64,000 nt of DNA. Origin: Podarcis filfolensis. Taxonomy: Eukaryota. The position numbers were made by a program, and so were the translations under genes. The DNA lies in the NCBI GenBank assembly GCA_964270895.1, contig OZ185439.1; one strand, written 5' to 3'. Below the pieces are notes generated by a model, which saw only the letters and a list, made by a program, of their open reading frames with translations, ran no database searches and had not been told where the DNA came from. Each line of letters begins with the position of its first letter. Position 1 is the stretch's first letter. Below, one piece after another: positions 52,601 through 60,240 of this stretch.

Positions 52601-55600
52601 ATCTTTGTAACATTACCCTGCTGTTTAAAGTTTGGAAAAGTATTTCACCCACCTTTTGGCTATAACATCTGAATGATCTGGCTTAGAGAGAGCCTTGGGA
52701 AATCCATGCTGCCTCTTCTCCACTCTGCCATGGAGCTAGTTTCCTCTTCTTCTTTCAACTATATTTCTAGGAAATGTCAGCGCTGCCCTTCATAGACTTT
52801 GACACCATTGAACGATGTGTTTAATTCAGACGTGAAACTACCACTTTCAGAACTTGGGTTAAATAGCAAGTGTCAGCAATATGCCACACCATTTAAAGCA
52901 GACCGTATTGTGGGTAATTCCTGACATTTCTGTTAATCATAGGAAATACAGGAGTGGGGAAATTGCTCCAGAAAGAGTAAGTGGTATAAGGCGGGGGGAA
53001 AGCGTTATGTTCCCGAGATTGTCCTCCACTTTTAAAAAGCCAGTAAATTAGAGGTAGCATTATGATCACGCTGCCTGGCCCTTTGAATGCTTTGCATTAT
53101 GCTCAGCTTTTTCACTTCTGAGGACAAAACCCGTCATGTTAATACACACAAACAAACAAATAAACTCAGTTATTCTTAAAGAAACCCATAGCATTTTAAA
53201 GATAAATGTCATAAAAGTCAGATATTTGTTGGTATATTAATTTGAATTAAAAGATGTAGCAATCTTTCTGCACTTTTCTGTGTTTCTCTTCTCAACTACT
53301 GAATGCATTATATACTTTTATCTTTCTCAACTTTTTCAGTGAGAATACAGTAAAATTCCAGATTATATAAGGTGGTTTTTTAATGGTAATAAGTCTGAAA
53401 TATCAGCACATTCTAAAGTGGTTAAGTATATTGGGTGTGTTTTATATGACAGGTCCTAATTTACAAATATTATTGACATAGATCTTTCTCCCCTGTCTTT
53501 TAGCAGTCAAATAATGACACCATCACCTATTCCAACGTAATCAAGACATTAGCCACTGGTTATATCATTACAAGAAGGAAAAACTTCCAATTTCATATTA
53601 TGTGTGAAATGAACGCAATGACTGTTGTAGAGACGATGTTTGTTGCCCAAAATTCCATTGACATTACTGAAAGAAAACTTGGCAACTACAGTGTGGCACT
53701 TTCATTCTATGAATCTTCATCCTTCAACGTTTCAGTTCTCAGTTTTCCATACTTCGTGTACCTCAACCAGGTTCTCTATCTCCAAGCTACTCTCAACAGT
53801 TCTGATCCAAACTTAGTACTATTTCTAGACACATGTGTAGCATCTCCATACCCTGGTGACTTCAGAACTCTGACCTATGACTTAATCAAGAATGGGTGAG
53901 TATATTTTAGATAAACATGTTTAGATATCCACTTAGAAGAAGGGCTTTCCTTTTGGCTTATATGACAGCAGAGTTAATACTAAGCATGCAATGCCATTCA
54001 CACTCATCTGGAATAAACCATACTGAGCTCAATTGGATTTCTGCATAGGCACATATAGGATTGTACTTAAATGTTTCTTTGTGGTATGAACAAGTGGAGT
54101 TGCTTTACTCTCAAACTGACTCTGAAATTCACTTTTTGATTCTGACATATTTCTTAAGAAAATCTATAAAGAGTTACAGAGCCTACTTGCTATTACTTGT
54201 TCCCGAATATAACAATAAATATGGTTGTTTGCTACTAACTCATTGTGTCATCAGTCAAAGAGTCTTAGACAAAAGCAAGGAAGGCAAATACTTGTTATTG
54301 CAATGGCCAGCCTGCATGCAGGACCTCTCCCCAATTGCTTCCCAGTAACTGGTATTCAGAAGCATACTGTCTTTGACAATGGAGGCAAAGCAGAGCCTTC
54401 ATCACTAGTACCTTGATAGTTGAATCCTCCACGAACATCTTATGGGAGTGAATCCCAAAGTTTAACAATGTGCTGTGCTGTGTGAAGTACTTTCCTTTGT
54501 CTGCTCAGAATTTTCTAACTTGAAGCTTTGTCACTTATTGATATTTCTTCTCATCCTTCTCCAGCATGGTCTTTAGTCACCAAAGATAACATACTTCAGA
54601 ACTCCATAAAGGATTCATCTAAAGTAATTATGTAAACAAACTTGGTTCTTTTATTTTCAGATGTGTGCGAGACCCAACCTTCTTAAATCTGAGTGAACTC
54701 GGATTTAACTCAAGCAACAATCAAGTTCGTTTCAAGTTCAACTCTTTTAAGTTTCTTTATGAACACAATCAAATTTATCTGCAATGCAAACTAGTAGTGT
54801 GTCAGGCACATGATTATTCATCCCGATGCTACCAGGGATGTTTAACTAGAAGGAAGAGGGATACAGAAAAACTTCAGGATAAAGTGGATGTGGTTGTGGG
54901 ACCAGTCAAACTGCATAAAGAAACCATTGAAGACAAAGGACAGGGTAACTTTTATTTTTGATTCCTTTTTTTGCTACTTTTTTCCTGATGATTGCAGACC
55001 AGAATTGAAATAAATGCATGGGCACATTTGCTGCATTGAATAACTACCATTTTATTGAACATTAAACCAAATTTGCGGAGGGAAAGTATAGGTGTGGGAA
55101 TGAACAAATCAGGAAATCACGTAGGTATAAGACAAACCAATCCCTTGCTGGGTCAAAGGTAAACCATTTTGTTTACTCCTTACCCCAGCCACACCCTGAC
55201 GGTGAATTGGGAGGCCTTCATTCACCACCACCCCTTTGGACCCCCAAACTCCAGGTGGATGAGGCTAGTTGACTTCAGAAGAAGTCTCTCTCCTATCTCC
55301 AAGCTCTGCAGACCTGAGATGCAGGCCTCAGAAACAAACAGTCACCTCAAATGGAGCCTAAAGGGATCACCAAGCTACCTTATCAAGTTCCCCTTGTGGC
55401 ACCTCTGTGCCAAAGATTACCTTAAGGAAAAACAACACTCAAATGGTCAGATTAACCTATAACGCAAGCAGAACAGTCAAGAGCCAGATGAACCTGTCAG
55501 CCAAAATAGCCTAGTATTAAGGCACTGCACCTAAACAGTCTCCCATCCCACTTTAAAGTATGGCATAGGCAAAAACTCCAGCTGCAGAACAAGGCAGGTG

Positions 55601-56613
55601 GGCCCAAAAATCCTACTTGGCCCTGAAGCAAATCATACTGTGATGAAGGTTGGGAGAGAGGGTGAGTGCCTGATAAAACAGAGGGGGAGGGGAGGGGAGG
55701 TGGGCTTTTAAAAGGCTCTGTCACCCCCCCCCCCCGAGTGCTCTCAGATGCAAACTCCCACCACCACCCAAAGCAATCTGGGCGGTGGAATAATGATTTT
55801 CAAAATATATTCCGAAGTATCTTGAAATACTAATTACTCAAGAACAAAGTGTTGTTAAAATATTCTACTACTTTGTTTAAATAATATTAAAACCAATATT
55901 TATTCCTAATTTGCCTGCCAAAAGCATAGTAACATCACACAATGAAATCTCATTCTGTGTTGCTTCCACTCTTCGGGTAGCATTTCCCTAATGGGCAACT
56001 TTTTGAGAGTCACATGCCACTGATGCATGGAAAGATAATGTAAAGATGGGCAGAATAAAGAAATTGACTCTTATGTTTGGAACATAGGATGCTGCCTTAG
56101 ACAAAGCCAGGCAATTGTCAATCTAACTCAGAGTTCTTTAGATGGACTCACAGTGACTCTCCAGGGTTTCAGACAGAGGTCTTCTCCAGCCCTATCTGAA
56201 GATGCCAGGAATTTGACCTGAGCCTTCTGCCTTCAAAGCAGTTGTTGCCATTCAAAGACGAATTTGCCCTCTAACAAAACTAATATATATACATTTAGAG
56301 AAAGGTACAAAGTGTTTTCCTTGTATGTTTATATTGCTGTAACTTGCCCAGGGATCTTATGGGGAAGAACAAGTAAGAAATTTCATACGTACGTACATAC
56401 ATACATACATACATACATTATCTGAAAAATTGTTCCAAACTGTGTTTTTTTATTCTATTTACAGAACTGGCTAAGAGTATGAATCTAGAAAAGAAAGAAG
56501 CTCTCAGCCCACTTGCTGTTACTACTGTACTTTTGGCAGCCATTGTCTTTGTTCTGTCTGGCTTACTTATAAGCAGCAAACTGAGAAGGAAAAACTATCA
56601 CCAAATCTACTGA
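13215..56613 (+). CDS. Complete DMBT1/CUZD1-family gene: signal peptide - 3 CUB domains separated by PTS (mucin-like) linkers - ZP - furin site - TM - tail; 38 exons, 981 aa if all are included; no SRCR exon found
   Basis: The 38 proposed exons sum to 2946 nt = 982 codons including stop, with consistent phases and GT-AG ends. ZP and TM exons parallel gene 1 in size and phase (179/173, 392/389, 284/278, 149/158 nt). Confidence 0.85.
13398..13510 (+). mobile_element. Decayed tRNA-derived SINE fragment
   Basis: gtagctcagtggtag A-box-like head followed by SINE-like body (gggcatctcc...cagtataaggcagcttc). Confidence 0.45.
14145..14661. mobile_element. Young GC/CpG-rich Tc1/mariner-superfamily (pogo/Tc2-like) MITE
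   Basis: 23-bp TIRs ccgtatttttcgccctataggac / gtcctatggggcaaaaaatacgg (21/23 match); TA on both sides (14143-14144, 14662-14663); internal GC-rich repeats. Confidence 0.88.
14983..15141. mobile_element. hAT MITE with perfect 8-bp TSD
   Basis: TIRs cagtggcgtagc / gctacgccactg; TSD taggtaaa at 14975-14982 and 15142-15149; internal 22-bp tandem repeat. Confidence 0.92.
17471..17590. mobile_element. Decayed palindromic MITE (family resembling 4149)
   Basis: caacctggtgc / gcaccaggttg and ctcccatc / gatgggag inverted arms. Confidence 0.6.
18135..18900 (-). mobile_element. LINE 3' fragment with Cys/His knuckle, RTE-X-like (5' end approximate)
   Basis: Minus-strand RLCTCSQDVEHMEHILINCSLY; ends in caataaagtgg followed by a (TC)n/(TG)n tail at 18085-18135. 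Confidence 0.5.
21824..21971 (+). CDS. Gene 2 CUB1, first half
   Basis: tttgttag|GTAGC...ATCAG|gtaagt; GSYSCGKTFTDPTGSFYPTYYTGGGNVVECLWTIVSYYKIPIVLTLDYI; missed by the ORF track. Confidence 0.88.
22506..22546. repeat. (GAAA)n microsatellite
   Basis: Direct read, about 10 units. Confidence 0.95.
23430..23614 (+). CDS. Gene 2 CUB1, second half
   Basis: ctccacag|TTTGGAC...AACAG|gtaacc; LDCTREYIQIYDG...GQICDG...LHRESYRAGSGFFAYY. Confidence 0.92.
24694..24729 (+). CDS. Gene 2 PTS micro-exon (36 nt)
   Basis: tttatag|...|gtaatg; phase 1-1; xLATSPVPELTT. Confidence 0.75.
25581..25728. mobile_element. hAT-type MITE
   Basis: TIRs cagtgctttttt / aaaaaagcactg; flanks tgttgaat / tgtttaat (7/8 TSD match). 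Confidence 0.82.
26160..26189 (+). CDS. Gene 2 PTS micro-exon (30 nt)
   Basis: ctcacag|...|gtaagt; phase 1-1; xPELTTEPVY. Confidence 0.75.
26796..26822 (+). CDS. Gene 2 PTS micro-exon (27 nt, TTLPPETT type)
   Basis: ctttag|CAACAACTCTTCCTCCAGAAACCACTA|gtgagt; phase 1-1. Confidence 0.75.
27621..27674 (+). pseudogene. Truncated copy of the CUB2 first-half exon (acceptor intact, donor missing)
   Basis: Matches 31135 onward (PFQCGGILLEPFGYIHGP), then breaks into intron sequence; in-frame TAA at 27680-27682. Confidence 0.85.
27744..27770 (+). CDS. Gene 2 PTS micro-exon (27 nt, TTLPPETT type)
   Basis: Same exon and splice sites as 26796. Confidence 0.72.
27919..28156 (+). mobile_element. tRNA-derived SINE, Squam3-like
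   Basis: A box gtggtgtagtgg, B box ggttcgcatctcc, tail (aaatcc)n; TSD ccatctgag at 27913-27921 and 28155-28163; empty site visible near 30470 (ggaccatctgagtacaatc). Confidence 0.85.
28455..28496 (+). CDS. Gene 2 PTS micro-exon (42 nt, LSTTGEP type)
   Basis: ttactag|...CAGT|gtaagt; phase 1-1; xLSTTGEPTTIVTQ. Confidence 0.75.
28800..28817 (+). CDS. Gene 2 PTS micro-exon (18 nt)
   Basis: gtgaacag|CTCCTTCTACACTTCCTG|gtgagt; xPSTLP. Confidence 0.72.
29445..29695 (-). mobile_element. CpG-rich 250-bp insert, probable retroelement 5' end (copy 1)
   Basis: Foreign to both flanking modules; minus strand begins ggacttcc, recalled as an L1-like 5' terminus; family unverified. Confidence 0.5.
30298..30324 (+). 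CDS. Gene 2 PTS micro-exon (27 nt, TTLPPETT type)
   Basis: Same exon and splice sites as 26796. Confidence 0.75.
31135..31291 (+). CDS. Gene 2 CUB2, first half
   Basis: ttcttcag|CGCCC...CGGAA|gtaagt; PFQCGGILSEPYGYIYGPDYPGNGRLVQCAWEIKAP. Confidence 0.92.
32435..32625 (+). CDS. Gene 2 CUB2, second half
   Basis: ctacag|TATGAAC...CAAG|gtaaaa; MNCRTDYIAVYDG...GRICLA...LYRNSFNAGPSFTAYY. Confidence 0.92.
33291..33810 (-). mobile_element. Young 5'-truncated L2 LINE with (AAT)n tail
   Basis: Open frame LVLTFKALNGLGPVYLKERL...LWNALPSDVK...FRRHLKAALF; (ATT)n run at 33291-33368 on the plus strand is the 3' tail. Confidence 0.88.
34058..34138 (+). CDS. Gene 2 PTS exon (81 nt, internal 27-nt triplication)
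   Basis: ttttgcaag|...CCTA|gtaaga; ETTTEHILQ ETTTEHILQ ETTTEHIDP. Confidence 0.72.
34252..34296 (+). CDS. Gene 2 PTS micro-exon (45 nt)
   Basis: gaactag|...GCTG|gtaaga; xSVTPEATTEATTAA. Confidence 0.75.
35158..35387 (-). mobile_element. Sauria SINE (short form) with 14-bp TSD
   Basis: Reverse complement of the 62155 element; TSD tactgagctgtatt at 35144-35157 and 35388-35401. Confidence 0.9.
36277..36318 (+). CDS. Gene 2 PTS micro-exon (42 nt, LSTTGEP type)
   Basis: xLSTTGEPTIIVTQ; AG/GT intact. Confidence 0.72.
36626..36643 (+). CDS. Gene 2 PTS micro-exon (18 nt, PSTPP)
   Basis: gaacag|CTCCTTCTACACCTCCTG|gtgagt. Confidence 0.72.
37248..37499 (-). mobile_element. CpG-rich 250-bp insert (copy 2)
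   Basis: Same junctions as 29445. Confidence 0.5.
38102..38128 (+). CDS. Gene 2 PTS micro-exon (27 nt, TTLPPETT type)
   Basis: Same exon and splice sites as 26796. Confidence 0.72.
38922..38975 (+). pseudogene. Truncated CUB2 first-half exon copy with 1-nt deletion
   Basis: Acceptor intact; gaacc-tttgga frameshift; TAA at 38981-38983. Confidence 0.85.
39043..39069 (+). CDS. Gene 2 PTS micro-exon (27 nt, TTLPPETT type)
   Basis: Same exon and splice sites as 26796. Confidence 0.7.
39218..39599. mobile_element. Fused Squam3-like (+) / Sauria SINE (-) junction
   Basis: Squam3-like tail aaatcc joins directly to agaagcggcttaatc (interior of the 35158-type SINE) at about 39455. Confidence 0.88.
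40033..40074 (+). CDS. Gene 2 PTS micro-exon (42 nt, LSTTGEP type)
   Basis: xLSTTGEPTTIVTQ; AG/GT intact. Confidence 0.72.
40382..40399 (+). CDS. Gene 2 PTS micro-exon (18 nt, PSTPP)
   Basis: Same as 36626. Confidence 0.72.
41003..41254 (-). mobile_element. CpG-rich 250-bp insert (copy 3)
   Basis: Copy of 37248 at +3755. Confidence 0.5.
41857..41883 (+). CDS. Gene 2 PTS micro-exon (27 nt, TTLPPETT type)
   Basis: Copy of 38102 at +3755. Confidence 0.7.
42677..42730 (+). pseudogene. Truncated CUB2 first-half exon copy (duplicate of 38922)
   Basis: Copy at +3755 with the same frameshift. Confidence 0.83.
42798..42824 (+). CDS. Gene 2 PTS micro-exon (27 nt, TTLPPETT type)
   Basis: Copy of 39043 at +3755. 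Confidence 0.7.
42973..43354. mobile_element. Fused SINE junction, second copy
   Basis: Copy of 39218 at +3755. Confidence 0.88.
43788..43829 (+). CDS. Gene 2 PTS micro-exon (42 nt, LSTTGEP type)
   Basis: Copy of 40033 at +3755. Confidence 0.7.
44137..44154 (+). CDS. Gene 2 PTS micro-exon (18 nt, PSTPP)
   Basis: Copy of 40382 at +3755. Confidence 0.7.
44882..44923 (+). CDS. Gene 2 PTS micro-exon (42 nt, LSTTGEP type)
   Basis: AG/GT intact; xLSTTGEPTTIVTQ. Confidence 0.72.
45231..45248 (+). CDS. Gene 2 PTS micro-exon (18 nt, PSTPP)
   Basis: Same as 36626. Confidence 0.72.
45965..46006 (+). CDS. Gene 2 PTS micro-exon (42 nt, LSTTGEP type)
   Basis: AG/GT intact; xLSTTGEPTTIVTQ. Confidence 0.72.
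46314..46331 (+). CDS. Gene 2 PTS micro-exon (18 nt, PSTPP)
   Basis: Same as 36626. Confidence 0.72.
47098..47139 (+). CDS. Gene 2 PTS micro-exon (42 nt, diverged LSTTGEP type)
   Basis: ttactag|...GAGC|gtaagt; xQSTTGELTTKVIE. Confidence 0.7.
47447..47461 (+). CDS. Gene 2 PTS micro-exon (15 nt)
   Basis: gaacag|CTCCTACTCCTATTG|gtgagt; xPTPI. Confidence 0.7.
48389..48527 (+). CDS. Gene 2 CUB3, first half
   Basis: ttttctag|TATGT...ATTAG|gtaagt; CGGSLYFPNGSFSGPYYPGNGAIIQCSWEIQVSPDRQIVLQFSYI. Confidence 0.92.
49984..50180 (+). CDS. Gene 2 CUB3, second half
   Basis: atacag|TCTGGAC...CTAA|gtaaga; LDCNKEYIVIFDGYPYASTILGRTCSG...LHRDSYYSGDGFYASYY. Confidence 0.92.
50295..50427. mobile_element. Decayed palindromic MITE
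   Basis: gatggggaacttgtgg / ccacaggctccccacc and ctcccatcaatccct / agggatgatgtgag arms. Confidence 0.55.
51017..51061 (+). CDS. Gene 2 PTS micro-exon (45 nt)
   Basis: aaatag|...GCTG|gtaaga; xTETTTEPPLNESTA; an in-frame alternative AG lies 6 nt downstream. Confidence 0.72.
51817..51852 (+). CDS. Gene 2 linker micro-exon (36 nt)
   Basis: ttgtacag|...AGAA|gtaagt; xLPTSLAPVPAR. Confidence 0.75.
52137..52315 (+). CDS. Gene 2 ZP-N start
   Basis: attcag|CGCTC...AAAG|gtaaga; LSCSGEYMLARISRDYL...DPFCTPQIT...PYSGCGTVRK. Confidence 0.93.
53504..53895 (+). CDS. Gene 2 ZP-N end / ZP-C start
   Basis: tttTAGCAG tandem acceptor; (Q)SNNDTITYSNVI...IMCEM...[16 protein letters not shown]...TYDLIKNG|gtgagt. 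Confidence 0.93.
54661..54944 (+). CDS. Gene 2 ZP-C end with furin site RRKR (54848-54859)
   Basis: ttttcag|ATGTGTG...CAGG|gtaact; CVRDPTF...[29 protein letters not shown]...VVVGPVKL. Confidence 0.95.
56384..56418. repeat. (TACA)n microsatellite
   Basis: Direct read. Confidence 0.9.
56465..56613 (+). CDS. Gene 2 last coding exon: TM and tail
   Basis: ttacag|AACTGG; ELAKSMNLEKKEALSPLAVTTVLLAAIVFVLSGLLISSKLRRKNYHQIY*. Confidence 0.9.
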
Positions 56614-58688
56614 TACCAATGTGTCAGCAAGATATACATTCAGCACTTCCTACACAAAAACAAAAACTGCATCTTTAGCATGTATTTCTGAAACTTAAAT
56701 CCATAGACAGGCACATCTATAGTTGGGCACATTTACTGGTAGATTAAAACACAGCCCAGTTCAATCAAAGTACCAGGATCAAATATGTATTCTGATCAAA
56801 ATCATTGCCTATATCCAGCTATTTTGACTTAATGGCATTGTGGAATTGCTCTCATTCTCCTTTTAAACATTCCCCCCATCTTCTATGGATATAGTTAAGT
56901 TCCATTGTACTTCCAAAAACCATTCTACATATACATATTATACATGCCAACTTCATATGTCTGAGATGCATCAGGACTATATTTCAAAGGAGGATTTGTT
57001 GCGACTCTTCAGTTAATATTTAGGAGCTGAAAGGCAAATTGCTGAAGTTTATTGGAATCATTGGAAACAGACATAGGAAATGTGCTTCATAATACATAGC
57101 TGAACATGCTCCAGCTATGTCGATTTTGAAATGATAAGTTTGATATTCACTTTTGACTAGTGTGGAATCTCTGTCACAAATGTACACAAGCAGTTTGGCT
57201 TATGGCCTGATTCACCAGCCAATTAAGTCAGAGAATTTCATGTTCAGTTCCATTTATCTTACAATTAGTTTAAATCCTAGGATGTTTTTGTTAATTACTT
57301 AAGCAAAGGATCTCACAATCCAACTTTTCTCTGTCACTATTACATTATGCTATTTCTGCTTCTTTTGAAAAGCAAACTACTGCTTTGCCCCATTGTGCTT
57401 TGGGAGAAATTTCAGATGACCACGTTACCCTTTCATGTGGCAATTCATGCTGTCAAATTGATGCAAATAACAAACCCATCATTTGTAGGAAGCATAAAAC
57501 AGATTCAGGGTTTGTTGTTGCATTTTGCTAACTGAAGGTAAAGAGGCATTCGGAGTCCACATGGTGACTGACAGAATAATAAGAACAGAATTATAATCTC
57601 AAGCAACTCCCAAGGAAAGGGTGGCCCATAAAACTGAACAGATAGTTATAGGGTTTTATGATGTATTCAGGAATAGAAAAATCTGTTTCATCCATGTAAT
57701 GCCAAATTATATGAAGTTGCATTTTGCTGCCAACTACTTTGCAATAAAATTACTACATCTTTGCAAGTTACCTGTGTTCACTGTTTATTGTCTCATCTCA
57801 TTAGCAACTTTGAATGGTCAAAGGAAATACATGGTTGGCACAAGGTGCCTGGGGATGGGGAAGAAATATCATTCGGTTCACTTTTAAAGGCAAGCTCACT
57901 AATTTGCACTTTCTGAAATGACACTGCCATTCTTCCAAATGTTCATTTCTCTGAATTTTGCAATGCAGTTCTCTGGCTAAATAATGCATACAGAACACAT
58001 GTTCTAGCATGAAGTGCATACAAATGCATGTGCTATTGAAAATTTTAAAAATGTAATGTATTAGGGGGAATTCCATTGGAGAAAGTGGGTATTAGGCAAA
58101 ATTCCATCCACCAATCTATAGATTTGGAGCAATTTGCACTTAAATGCTGGTGAATTTTCAAGAGGGCATTCTTTTAAAAAATTACACCCTGATGTGGCAA
58201 TGTAGAGGGCTAAATTTAAGACTGGAAAAATGAGAAACTGAAACTGACAGGCTCACCCATCTCTATATAGCTACCTGTCCTCTGTGCATTGTTCTACTCT
58301 GCCTTACGCTACATGTTCTGTATTCAGCTCCAAAGCATAGTATGGAATACCCCTAGAGTATGTTGCCTTTCTACGGATTTTCACATATTTTCTCTCTCCA
58401 TGATTAGTTAGTTCCAGAAATGAATTCCCAACAGAACACTTTATTACCAAAGCTGAACCTGCAGCCTGTTTTCTATTTCTTCTAATTGGTTAAGCAACAA
58501 AGACATAATAGAGGAGGAAAAACCCTTATGAAGTTAGCAAAACATAGCCACTAAGGAGGCCATGTGAAACGGAAGATGCATATACAAAGACAAGCTAGTG
58601 AGTGGTAGGTCACAGAAGTATAAGAATGCAAAAACTGAAGTCATTAAGTGCCCTGGCACAAAGGAGGAGTCAGAGAGTCAAGTACTGC

Positions 58689-59811
58689 GGGGGGCCACTA
58701 GGGGCGCATTGGAAGATGGCCGATAATAACATCTCTCCGACCCACACGAGGTAATTAAGAGGCTGTGATGGGAGTAAGCAGCCTCCCGGGGCCCCCCAAG
58801 CGAGTGGGGGGGGGACTGCCCTCGCCTGCTGTGCCCTATACCACCCCCGAATTTGAGGGGGTGGGGGCACTAGGCAGAAAGCCCTTGTGTGGACTTTGGT
58901 GCTCCTGGACGCTGTCTCTGATTCGCGCCTCTAGCTGCAGCAACTTCAAAAGAAACAATTAGGAGGAAGCTAATGCACATATTTCAAGGAAGAATGGGGA
59001 GTAAAGACTGCTAATTGAAGAGATCTCTGAGAAAGAAGACGGGTCGGATAAACAGGAATATATCATGAGAAGACACACCAAGGCTCGGTATGTCAGCAAC
59101 GGGACTGGATGGGGGGGACTTTCCTTTCTTTTATCTATGTGATTAACCAAGAATCCCCCCCCCACAAGTCAGAAATGCCGCTTAAATGACCTAAGCTGAT
59201 GATTTAAGACTGTGTGGAGATAATTTTCTAACCAAAAGCATGTTTTAAGGAGATCGTGGAAAGTATAAGAGCTTTGGGATGACGCAGTAAAAAATAGCGT
59301 TGCCATTTTGGCAAGTTCTGTCAAAAGACTTATGTCTGGGAAGAGGAATGGATCTGTTTTCATATTGTGGGCAAGCCTCCTCAGAGGGACTAAAGAAGGC
59401 GACAGATTTGCGAAGATTAATGATGGAAAGAGTGCTTTTATTTATGGAAGTGATGATATATGGAAACCATCTCGATATGGTGATTGGACAAACGGAAAAA
59501 TTCACACAGGATTATAACTGGTGTTTACCTGCTTAAGGAGATTATCAGAAGAGATCATAAAGAAAAAAGAAAAATATATGAATAAGAGGAGATGTGGGAA
59601 CAGCAAGATACGACTGGATAGAATTATGAACATTATTTGGACAGATTTGTGGATATTAACGCAGCAGCAAGAAGATGATTGGAATCCCCTTCGGAACTTG
59701 AAATATGGGTCCCCCCAATAAAAAATTTAAAATTCGGCTTTGTAATTTGGAATTTATGTGATTTGATTTGATTTGATTGGTCGGTTAATAAAAATTATTT
59801 TAAAAAAACAA
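58689..59811 (+). mobile_element. 1123-bp L1-type non-autonomous retro-insertion with 18-bp TSD
   Basis: TSD cagagagtcaagtactgc at 58671-58688 and 59812-59829; G-rich start with aagatggccg; AATAAA and A-rich tail at the 3' end; no long ORF. Confidence 0.85.
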
Positions 59812-59969
59812 CAGAGAGTCAAGTACTGCAAAGAATTAGAAGTATATCCAAATAAAGTCATATTTTACAGGAATAAGGAGTCTCAAATGTTGCTTGTTCA
59901 TGTGTGTAACAAAGGTCCACCAGATGGCAGCAAAGTCCTCTATCTTAGCATCACTTCTCAGTACCTTTA

Positions 59970-60240
59970 GGTGGCGAGTAAACTTTTCTGAAACAGCTGT
60001 GTACAAGGCTTTTCTATACCAACTTCCAGTGTAATGGATGTGACTTCCTTCCAGCCCTGAGGGATGGCCAATCTAGCAGAAACCAAGAGGAATCTAATAA
60101 GGTTCCCACAGATACGAAGACAAGGCAGAGTTTCGGATTTGGATCTAGAGCATGACCAATAACCACTCCGATTTCTGCCAAAACTCACATTCAGAATGCA
60201 CTAATGAGAAGGCAAGACCACCAGAGATGCCAGTAGGTTC
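59970..60240 (-). mobile_element. L1 ORF2 3' fragment (decayed)
   Basis: Minus-strand FLLVSARLAIPQGWK resembles the recalled L1 ORF2 C-terminal motif. Confidence 0.45.
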
